From NCBI GenBank assembly GCA_003971905.1, contig RSEE01000082.1:186001-250000 (forward strand): a stretch of DNA of 64,000 nucleotides, written 5' to 3'. This document shows positions 26,238 to 36,138 of the stretch, one piece after another. The position numbers and the translations under genes were made by a program. The notes under the pieces are model-generated. The model worked only from the letters and a program-made list of their open reading frames with translations. It searched no databases and had not been told where the DNA came from. The first letter of the stretch is position 1. Each line of letters starts with the position of its first letter. The DNA comes from Moniliella sp. 'wahieum'. Taxonomy: Eukaryota.

Positions 26238-27191
26238 TGCCACACCCCTTCCACCATTCTGCCCCCAATCACTTGGACCCGCAGTCGCGCATGAGCAACT
26301 CCGGTTCTGATTCTCAGCATCACCATGCGTCGCTGACATGGCTGGCATGTACGCCGTCCCCCAAACACTGTATCTGTTCTCCACAGTGTCCAAACCTGCT
26401 GCTAACTCTCACTGCATTACACTTCGTCAGATCTGTTTATCCCCGCGATGTGGTTGGCGCTATTTGGAATCTTCGCGTGGATTTGGACCTGTTCGAATTG
26501 GTTGGAAGATCTCCCTCCAAGAAGACCAATTAGAATAAGCTGGGGCGGATGGTGGAGCAATATGCCGTCTATTGTTTCACCAATAAGGAGAATGGTACGT
26601 CGGAGACGTCCACATCCTCTTCCAGCAGGGAAGAGAAGGCCGACAAGTACTGACACACCCCCTCTTTATATTTCTCCTGCTGTTGTGTTATGATCCCCAG
26701 ACGACAAACGTCGGCTCGTTCCTCGCTAATCCCCGCCTAATGCACAAGCGCAAATCCAGCCCTTCCCTTCTCCTGACGATGAGGAGAGTAACCCCCAACC
26801 TTCTAATCCCGGCTCTGCCGCCAATCCTTCCGTGCTCACCACCTTTTTCAAGTGGAAGAAACCCGCTTATTTTTCCCACATGCGGAACCAACCTCCATCT
26901 GGCGCTACCTCAGAGTCAGCGCTGCTTCACCCAGACTCGGGCAAGAGGCGCAATCGAACCATCCGTTCTCTCTTTACCGCCCATGTCCATTCCTCTCCGC
27001 TCCCCCCGCACCTAAAAGTAGCGGACGAGCCGCCGCAACTGCCTCACATCCATGAACTGTTGCAGCGCCCATTGCAAGTCACGGAGTCCTCCATTCCCCC
27101 GCTCCCCCCCGCTCCCGCCGGCGTACATGCCTCACACGTTGCCACCCTATATTCCCCGGACTTCTTCTCCACCCCCGCCACCAACTTATGA
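26238..27191 (+). CDS. Hypothetical single-pass membrane protein with Pro-rich tail, paralog 1 of a tandem pair; start uncertain
   Basis: Intron GTACGC(26349)..GCTAAC..CAG(26430), then hydrophobic LFIPAMWLALFGIFAWIWTC. Tail HLKVADEPPQLPHIHELLQRPLQVTE resembles copy 2. Confidence 0.45.
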
Positions 27192-28159
27192 CCCCTACCC
27201 CGTTGCTTTCATCGTCCTACGCCCCTCGGACGTCGACTTCGGCTTCTTCTGCGTCATTTTAGACCACTGATGACGCGCCAATCTGTGGGCATCCCAGCGA
27301 GACTAGCCAACCCCATCAGGCAGATGATGTGGTATTTATACGCATGCTCCTCTCTCTCTCCATATCATGTGCAAACTCTCAGTGTGAAAAAAAGAATAGG
27401 TATAGGATGCACAATGCGTCCTCTTCAATTCAGACTTTTGGAAGGCAATCATAGCATCCACATATCAACGTCATATCAACAACATATATATGGCCTTGTA
27501 TCAGTGGCTCGGTCCGGTATAACTTTCTACCGGGCCCCGGTTCGTATACGTACAGTTCATACCGCAGATCTCACCATTTGTACTCTCGGAATAATAAACG
27601 ACTGGCACAAATATATAATGTAGTTAAAACATACACCAAAAAAGCTTCCTTGTTCCTGCATCCTGTCGCACTTCCCTTTGTATAGTCCCTTTCTCTGTCC
27701 ACATGATGCCTGACGCATGATTGCCTCTGAAAAGCTATGCAATCAAACCAGTAAACTGCGTGACGAGTATCATCTTGGCAATAAGCGCCGAGACCCTTGA
27801 TCCCATCGCGCTGTGGCGTCGCGACCAGTGTCTATATTAACAGGGGCGTAACTATACGATTAGTTTTGTGGGGGACGAGCACTGTGGCCGCCGTCTCTTT
27901 CTCCTGCATGCGGCGGGCAGCCACTTGTCGTCCCCCAAACAGCTATATATATACGACGACACGCGATAGCTCCCAATGGGTACATATGCTCATCGTCGCT
28001 GGACTTGCGTATATCGACACCTTTTTCCGTCGAAAAGCGCATTCCCCCCTCCCTTCCAGCTACCACCTCACTTGCGCCAACGCACCCGCACTTACTTCCC
28101 GTGCTCGCATCCACGCATACCTCTTTTCTACTTTCTGTGTGCTTTTCCCCTTCCTTTCA

Positions 28160-29090
28160 CATGAATGCGCCCCTGTTCCCGCGCGGCGGCACTGGCCATC
28201 ATGTAAAAAAGGCAAAGACAATAGCTGGTGGCCCCTCCTCTTAAGTACGCCGTTCTCCTACCTTTTATTGCACATCTCTCCCCATCCCACCTTGCTACTA
28301 ACAGATGCACGTTCAATCTCTCGAGAACAGTCCTTATCGTCCCAGTTACTGGGGGACTACTGCTAACGTTATTACCGTTTCTGTGCATGTGCGCGCGCCG
28401 GCCTCTCAGCTCATGGACGCGCAGAAGGTGGAGAGGGATGACTACATTGTTTCGCCAAAGGGTGAGATCCATATCCTCCACCGTGCCTTCCCCCCCCCAG
28501 TTGACAGGATCGAAGATTGACCACCAGTGCCCCACTCTCTTTTTTGGTTTGTTTGTTTCTGGCCTAAACACGATCGCCCCACCCAGCCCAGGTACGATTT
28601 TGCTGGCCTTGGAGAACCTGACGAAGACGTGAGAGCAACCCTCGGTCATCCACCTACACTGTCTCCTCCATTCCTATGGCCCCTATCTCCAAATGGAGGC
28701 CTGCCTACTTTTCCCACGTGCCACGTAAATCCTCCTCTGCTACCGCCACCTCGGACCAGACGCTCGCCATCGACGCCACCTGGGGTAAGGCGCTCAGTCC
28801 CCCGCCTCCACCACCACCGCCTCTCCCATACCTCTTCGCTCTCCTCCCACGTTAAGGCAGAGGGGAACCCGCCCCAATTGCCTCAACTGCAGGAGCTGCC
28901 AGAGCTGTCGTTGCCAGTAACGGAACCCATCCTTGCCCCGCCCGAGCCTGCATATATCCCTTCCACCCCTGGCTCACGCCCTCTTCCCCCCTGAGGCCTG
29001 ACCTCTACACCCCGCAGCCTATACACCTCCCCCACGGACTCGCCTGTCTGGCTGCCTGCCCGCACAGAGAACCCAGAACCCAGTTGACCT
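28160..29090 (+). CDS. Hypothetical single-pass membrane protein with Pro-rich tail, paralog 2 of a tandem pair; start and end uncertain
   Basis: Intron GTACGC(28245)..CTAAC..AG, then hydrophobic [21 protein letters not shown]. Tail [26 protein letters not shown]. Confidence 0.45.
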
Positions 29091-29424
29091 CGCGCTGCGC
29101 ACGCCTCGCTCTCTGCTCTTTTGACGTGGGACGAATTTGGACGATACCCTAGCTCCGGACCCAGCCAACCAAAAGGGATCCTGAATATACCCGGTTTCCC
29201 TTTCTCTTTCGCTTGCGCCCCCCCCCCCCCCCCACACACAACGTCATTATGTAGCAAGTAGGATGAGCAATGCGCTGTCACAGCACAATCTTTGCATGTG
29301 GCATCGTACGGCTTGGCGACCGGATCAGGGAGCCCAGTGTCCCGTGTGCGAGCCTCTCCTCCTTTTCCAGGCCTGCGACGAGTAGCATGGAAATCGATGC
29401 TGCGCGTCTTGGGTCGCACCACAC

Positions 29425-29866
29425 TTACTTCTGGTAGCTCCACACGTTGCGCAGGACTGCAGTCCAAGCCAGCAACCGAGTCAGTACACCTGGCTAAACA
29501 CAGCGGGGTGATCACGGGGGGAAAGAAAGAACGCCCGTCGCGCCCGGCAAATCGCCCCGCCGCGCCCACGCCCTTTGTTCTTTGTAGGGGAGAGCGCCAA
29601 GAAAAAAGAGAATAGGAAAGAACATAGAACGTACGGCCCTCCTGAGTGGCAAGACGGTTGATCGAGTCGTCACTCTCGCCCGACTTGCGGACAAAGCCCG
29701 AGATAGCAAACACCGTCGAAGCACCGGGGATCGCACGGCCCTCCTCGTCCACGTCGGCGACCGCGATCTGGACCGAAGCGTGGTCCTTGGCCTGGAGGAT
29801 ACGGCCCGTGGCGGCACACTTCCGGGGGACGTAGAGGTCCACGAGCTGGTGCTTGTCGTTTTCCAT
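29425..29866 (-). CDS. RPS21: 40S ribosomal protein S21 (eS21), exons 29866-29635 and 29456-29425
   Basis: [49 protein letters not shown] + [10 protein letters not shown]. The GTACGT..CAG intron at 29457-29634 gives an 87-aa product. Confidence 0.97.
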
Positions 29867-30809
29867 TCTGGCAGGTAAGCGGAAGAGGTAGGGTGAGAGA
29901 CGAGAGACGAGAGGCGAGAGACGAGCGGCAGACGGGACGGCGAACCAGGTGGTGTGCGTGGGCTGTCCAGGGGTTGGGTGGGAGGGGGGGGATTTATTGC
30001 GCCAGTTGCTACACGCTGGTATCGGGCACAGGGTAGTATACATCCCATCAACCCTATTTATATTTGGAATGGCTGCGGCACGTGACGTACCCTCTCTGTT
30101 CGGCCTTTTCTTTGGTTGTCTGCCTCAAGTCCTCAGCCTCGGGGCGAGCAAGCGCAAGGGACACGTGAGCCCGGCGGTGGGATCCGTGCACACGCATGCG
30201 GCCACGACGCTTAGAACCACCGGGTTGGGAAGTACACCCGCACGCAGTTGGGCCACCCAGCCAAAGAGGTGGCGGGTGACGACAGGGAATGATTAATGGG
30301 GAGTGATCTAGTGATCGGTGATCGACAATCGACAATCGCCTCATCGATGATCTTATCAGAACGACGTATTGAAGCTGAAGGCACCAAAAGTTGTCCGCAC
30401 CTGGCCGACTATCGCGTCCATCCCCTCCTTTGGTAGTACACCGTCCCTGGCGCTCGGCACAGCAAGGCACCCGTTGTTACGTCCTGGGCTCGGCACCAGT
30501 CGCATGCCATGTCCCTACTTCCACATCACCTGTCTTAACCATAACAGCACAGAACGATAGTGTGGGGGGGGGGCTACATAAAAGAGTTCATTTAGTACAT
30601 CCCCATACTCCTCTACATCCCTGGTCGTGAGGCTGCTGGGTTGTGGAATGCATCCATTTCCCATCTCTGTTCCAGGCCTTTCGGGCGGCTCGAACATATG
30701 TCCAACCCCTGGCCACATCAGGTAAAACCGGGTTTGTTTTCTTTTATATTTCGCCCTGTGTAACTACATGCTGCATCACTTTTTCAGACGGGTGCTTGTC
30801 GCCCCTTTC

Positions 30810-32020
30810 TCACTTGTTCCCCTCTCCCTCCCTTCTCCAAAGCAAAAGAAGAAGGAGCTGATGCCCAAATACGCAGAACAGATATAGATGGCGCGACATG
30901 CGATTAAGTCTCGATATGGTACACTGCGGAACCGCTGGGCGACGGATGGCTGCTAGCTGCTGGCTGCTGGCTGCTGTGCAGTGGAGCAGAGAGCGCAGGG
31001 GGGCGGGGGGGGTATAATACGAAGCTACGCGTTCCATCCTAAGCGCTGTACTTGGTCCAGCCAGTCGGGCTGGAGGAGGGGACGGGGTTCGGGTCGGGAC
31101 GGAGGGATGCACGCGCCCGGGTCCAAAGGCGGGGGGGGAAGTGGTCGAGCGTGACGCAGCTAGGTCCAGCCGGAAAGAGTTGCAACACCATCTCGTGCGG
31201 GAGCACCAGCGGGCGACAAGATAACGTTGTGGGGCTCAGTGCGATCACTGTCACCGCCGGCAGACCAGGATGGACCAAGGGTCCTCCCGCCCACACTGCC
31301 TCTTCGTCCGACGCCAGCCCGACCCGGACCCCGCACGCGTGAAAGTGCGTGACCAAGCGCCCGTTGGCATAGAGCGTTATCCTGCCGGCCCGCCGACCTG
31401 TCCTGCCCCCCCCGCGGGACGCAAGCGCGCAACATTCGATCGTCGCGCGCTCGTAAGAGCGGGAAGGTGGTGTGCGGGGCAGTGGAGAGCGTGGCCTGGG
31501 TCCGCCGTCGAAAGGGGAAGAAGGTTGTGCCAGACTGATGCAGCAGGGGGAGGAGGGAGGTTGGCCAGTGGCCCTTGGGTGGCAAGGTAAGGATGGGTGG
31601 GACGGAGCCGGGGAAAAGATGCAATGCCCGGCCCAGAGCGCCGGGCAGGACCACCACCACTTCCACTTCCACCTCGGTCCCCTTGACATAGGCCTGTGTC
31701 CGGCTAGCTATCCCCGCATCCGTACGCGCGTCGGGCGGGAGGAAGAGAGTTGGTACCCTGTTCCTACGCAGCTCGTCTACCACTTCTCGTACTTGCTCCG
31801 CCCGCTTGCCCCCCGCGGAGGCACAACCAACACCCGACGGACCGGACAGCGCACACGTACCCCGCCCTCGTCTTGCCACCCCACGGGATACGGCGAGAGC
31901 GTACTCCTCGCCAGGATTGTGCCCGTGTGGGGCACAGGACATACCGACGCACAGCTGTAGGCACTGGGTGGGGTGAGGTGGGCGTGGGGCTGGCCGAGGA
32001 GGGGTGGGGGAGAGGCGCAT
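30810..32020 (-). CDS. Highly divergent NAD kinase homolog lacking catalytic motifs (probable pseudoenzyme or pseudogene); 3' end 31039 or 30810
   Basis: EVVVVLPGALGRALHLFPGSVPPILTL matches the NADK segment 'LVITLGGDGTVL.A..LF...VPPVLSF'. [21 protein letters not shown]...[39 protein letters not shown] matches the C-terminal 'SAGGPLVHP..PAILxTPICPHTLSFRPLVLP'. Confidence 0.7.
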
Positions 32021-32727
32021 TGCGATGGTGTGGGAGTGGGAGCGGGGGGCTGGGGGCGAGCCACCGTTGGTCCTGGCGGCGGGGGACAGCGGGGACTGGG
32101 GTAAGAGCGCGAGCGGATGGAGGCTGTGGTGGCTATGGTGGAGAAGGAGAAGCAGAAGGTGGTGGTGGCGAAGGAGGAGGAGCAGCTGCGTTCGATGCCC
32201 ATCTGGCCTGATCAGTTGATTAGCGTGAGTTGTGATTGATGATTGCGTCATGATTAAGATTATCGATGATCCATTTAGCCGCACGTCGCAAGTGGGCTCA
32301 GGCTCAGGCGCTCAGGCCTCCGCGGGGCTCAGCCTCTCAGCAAGGCTCCTGCTGAGACCGAGACGCTGAGGCAGGTCGTGCTCACTCGTGTTTGTGCTCA
32401 GACCAGGGCCTCAGATCGATCAGACCTCAGATCTCCGAGTGTAACTGTAAATCATGGAACGGGTAGTACTCGCAGCGAGTTGGAGCGGCAGTGGCCCTCG
32501 CGTGCGCTCGAGTACCTCCACCATCTCGGCATCCGTCAACACCGTTCTCTCCCTTGGGTCGTCCTATCCAACCCTCTCTCCTCCGCCCGCCGCTTGTTTG
32601 CCCTCCCACACTCTCTTTCTGCACGTGCGCCTCCTCCTGGGGGTGCCATCAATAAATTAGGTTACTGACGCCGCGCGCTCGCAATCTTCCCTCGGACGAC
32701 GTGTGTGTGTGTGTGCCCGCCGTGGCT

Positions 32728-32794
32728 AGTGAGGAGTGGCAGTGAGGAGTGGCAGTGAGGAGTGGCAGTGAGGAGTGGCAGTGAGGAGTGGCAG
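32728..32794. repeat. 13-bp tandem repeat (AGTGAGGAGTGGC)x5, preceded by a (GT)n run near 32700
   Basis: Five exact copies in the divergent intergenic region between the NADK-like gene and RPS4. Confidence 0.92.
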
Positions 32795-33211
32795 CAACAA
32801 GGCCAGCGAGTTGCACGAGCCCATGGAGCAGGCATGCCTGGCATACCACCGCTGACGCACCGACTTGCCCCCCCCGAGGCGATCCATGATCGATCCACGA
32901 CAGCCGGGCACCCGATCACGTGGCACGCGGAGTGCGAGCCGGACCAACCCTACGCACTAGGCTTTATTGCGGAATGGGCCAAAATTGACCGCTGTCCCGC
33001 ACCCGGGCCCTGTGGGGGACAGGTGTGGGGGTGTGGCCTGTCTAGGGTTGGGCCCACCACGCTGGAGCGCGTGGGCTGCTTGCTGGGTGCGGCGGCCTGG
33101 GCTCTGCCTCACCCCAACTCTTCTCCCCAAGCAAGCAAGGTACGTGCTTGGGTGCGGCGGTGCGGCTGGTGCGGGTGGGTCGAACGGCGAGCTGACAGGC
33201 GTGCTGGGCAG

Positions 33212-34001
33212 ATGGTCCGTGGTCCTCGCAAGCATCTCAAGCGGCTCGCAGCGCCGTCGAGCTGGATGGACAAGCTGGGTGGGGTGTACGCGCCGCGGCC
33301 CAGCACGGGTCCGCACAAGTTGCGCGAGAGTTTGCCGATGGTGGTGTTGCTGCGGAACCGGTTGAAGTATGCGCTGAATGGCCGAGAAGTCAACACGATT
33401 GTGCAGCAACGCCTGATCAAGGTGGACAACAAGGTGCGCACCGACATTACCTTCCCCACGGGCTTTATGGACGTGATTAGCATTGAAAAGTCGGGCGAGT
33501 ACTTCCGTATCCTCTACGACGTCAAGGGCCGCTTTGTCGTCCACCGCATCACGCCCGAAGAAGCAAGTTACAAGTTGCTCAAGGTGAAGCGCGCTGAGCT
33601 CGGCCCGCGCGGCGTGCCCCACATTGTCACCCACGACGGCCGCACCATCCGCTACCCGACCCGAAGTCAAGGCTGGCGACTCGATCAAGTTCAACTTGGT
33701 CGAGAACAAGTTGGAGGAGGTGATCAAGTTCCAGCAGGGCGCTTCGGTCATTGCCACTGGCGGTCGTAACCAGGGCCGGGTGGGCGTGATTGTCGGCCGT
33801 GACTCGCACCCTGGTGGATTTGACATTGTGCATGTGCGCGACCCCATTGGCCGCGAATTCTCCACCCGTATCGGTAACATCTTTGTTACCGGCACCGATG
33901 GCCAGCACTGGATTTCCCTCCCGCGCGGGGGTGGCATCAAGCTCACCATCACTGAGGAGCGCGACCAGCGCCGCGCCCAGCGCGAGGCGGCGGCCAACTA
34001 A
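33212..34001 (+). CDS. RPS4: 40S ribosomal protein S4 (eS4); consensus frameshift near 33660; probable 5'-UTR intron 33140-33211
   Basis: [58 protein letters not shown] / ..[41 protein letters not shown]. Confidence 0.97.
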
Positions 34002-34554
34002 GTGCCTGTCTGCCTTCTTTCCGTGCCTTGGGGGGGCGGTGGGCGGTGGCGGGGCAGCGCCCGCCGGCAGAGGTAGGATGGGGAATGGGGAATTGGGAGG
34101 GGGGGACGTTACCTTGGTTCCGTTTTGTCCGAATTGGTGCGTAGGGCAAGAGCGGAATTGAGGTGCCTTCTTTGCTTGCCTTGTTTGTGGTCTTCCCCTT
34201 TTGCCCCACTCTGTTCCTTACCTGATGGGAGCGGTAAAAAACCCTTGGATTCTTGGTGCTTGTTTGGTTCTGTACATCTACCTTTCCCGCTGTCCTGCCC
34301 TGCTCCCTCCGGTCCCCTCCCCCGCCCCATTTGACTCCTGGCCCAACCATAGGCCACACCTCAATAAAGAAACAAAGCCCTCATGCCTGCCGACGTGTGC
34401 TGCCTTGCTCGCTCCCCATCTATGTTGTGCAATGAGCGTTCCGGACGACATAGAACCATCCCCCTTCTTCGTAGGCGAACATGGCCCTTGACTGGACCGG
34501 ACCGGCTGGCGCTTCGGTTCCTGGGGATGCACACATGATGATATGGAGACACGG

Positions 34555-35043
34555 TTAGATTGAGATGGCATGATGCACATGATGCATGATGCATGATCGA
34601 TCATTGCAACGGCTGTGAACATGTGGGACCGATGAACCCCATCGACGGTTCACGTCGATTTGGTGGGTGGAGCAGGCTGGCTCTCGTGGTCCAGGGCGGG
34701 CTTGTGGCGGACGTGTTGTTCTCGATTGGGGTTGCGTTTGCGATTCCGGGCTGGGGGAGGTGTCGTGGGTTTGGGACTTGTGCTTTTCAGCCAAAGCAGC
34801 GGCCTTTTGATGCGCTTTGGTCCCGGCTTGCTCCACGCCGTGCTCGACGGCATCAACAGCGGCGGTGGCTGCGCCGTTGGCCAAGTCGGAGAGTTGGTAC
34901 CAAAAGTTACCCTTGTGCGCGCTAGCGCCGTGCGACTCGCCCGGCTCGGCGGTCTGCGCAGACTCGGAGGGAGGATCGGACGTCGCTGGCTCCGTGGCCG
35001 GCTTCGTCGCAGAGCTGGGGGGGTCGGTGGCACTCGAGGACAT
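34555..35043 (-). CDS. Small hydrophilic (hydrophilin/LEA-like) hypothetical protein; 3' end uncertain
   Basis: ATG-initiated ORF with Ser/Ala/Thr/Pro-rich ends and a helical core GNFWYQLSDLANGAATAAVDAVEHGVEQAGTKAHQKAAALAEKH. Confidence 0.5.
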   Translation of the reverse strand: MSSSATDPPSSATKPATEPATSDPPSESAQTAEPGESHGASAHKGNFWYQLSDLANGAATAAVDAVEHGVEQAGTKAHQKAAALAEKHKSQTHDTSPSPESQTQPQSRTTRPPQARPGPREPACSTHQIDVNRRWGSSVPHVHSRCNDRSCIMHHVHHAISI

Positions 35044-35790
35044 TAGGCGCAGAGGCGGGCTGGTCGTGCGTGGTAAGGGGGGGTTGGACGTTGAGGTCTC
35101 AGCGCGATACCGTGGGGGGGCACAGGAAGCACGTGTGATTCAAGGACAAGGAACGTACTGCTGTAGAGGGGGGGCAGGCAGAGGCAGAGGCGCAACCGGC
35201 TGTCGGGAGCGCTGGCAGATCGAAGGGAAACGAGGTTGGCTCCGCCTGGGGTTTGGGTGGTGGTTGGTGTTGAGAGGCAGGCGGTGGGCGCAAGCGCTGC
35301 TGGGCAGCCTCCAAGCTTCAGGCTTCACGTTGCGTGGCGTGCTGACGGATGGGTGACTGCCAGCACGGCGGGGAGGACAGACGGCCTGCGCAGGGCGCTA
35401 GCCTGCTCCTCCTGTCTCCTATCGACTATCCCCATCCCCCTCGCTCCCACCGCCACACCGGCGTGCGCCGGTGGGGAGTCAGCCATGCGGCGTTGTGGCT
35501 GGCCTGCTGGCTGTTGCGTGCCATGTCCATCATGCGGCCTGTCTGATGCAAGTCGGATGAGCATCGCCTGGCTCCTCGAGCGCATCATCCTCATTGGCAT
35601 GGAAGAGTGAGTGCAGAGGATATCACCCAGCCACACCGGCGTCGTGTGGACTCGCGCGCGCTCGGCCTCAGCGCCTCAGCGCCTCAGCTGGCCTCAGCCT
35701 GAGGCGCAGTCTGAGGACTCAGCCTCAGACGGTCAGCAGACGACGTCAGCGCTGAGGCTGCGCTCGACTGGCTGCCATGGCAAAAGGCGT

Positions 35791-35938
35791 AAAAAAACGC
35801 GACGGGCTGGGATTCGAACCGGGGCGAGGGGGGGTGCACGTGTGCTAGTGAGCACGTGACTGGGGTGTGACAGGGCGACGCGGAGGGCAGGCGAAGGAAT
35901 GCGCTCAGGTAATCCATCCGATCCGAGGCCAGCCGACG
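35791..35938 (-). other. tRNA-like Pol III cassette: A-box-like motif, perfect B-box and T7 terminator (degenerate tRNA or extra-TFIIIC site)
   Basis: Minus strand reads cgtcggcTGGCCTCGGATCGG...(about 100 nt)...GGTTCGAATCCC-agcccgtcgcg-TTTTTTT. The acceptor-like pairing is only 5/7 and the T-stem 3/5. Confidence 0.45.
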
Positions 35939-36138
35939 TGGAGGAGGCATGCACGGGGGAGGATGCGTGGATGCCGGCGCCCCCGCCAGCCCCGCCGCCG
36001 CCGCTGACCTCAGCCAGCCCACACCAGGCAGGCGGACCACCATCGCCATTGCCACTGCCACTGCCACCGCCACCGCCACCGCCACCGCCATCCCCACCGC
36101 CATCCCCACCGTCACCCCCACCGCCACGCCCCCGCAGC

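Noticed and set aside
33655..33665. Programmed ribosomal frameshift in RPS4 or other genes
   Set aside because: No slippery heptamer or stimulatory structure is evident, and similar indels occur in nearly all genes, consistent with sequencing error.
35798..35938. Canonical functional tRNA gene
   Set aside because: The T-stem and acceptor stem are mismatched and I found no clear D or anticodon arm; kept only as a tRNA-like Pol III cassette.
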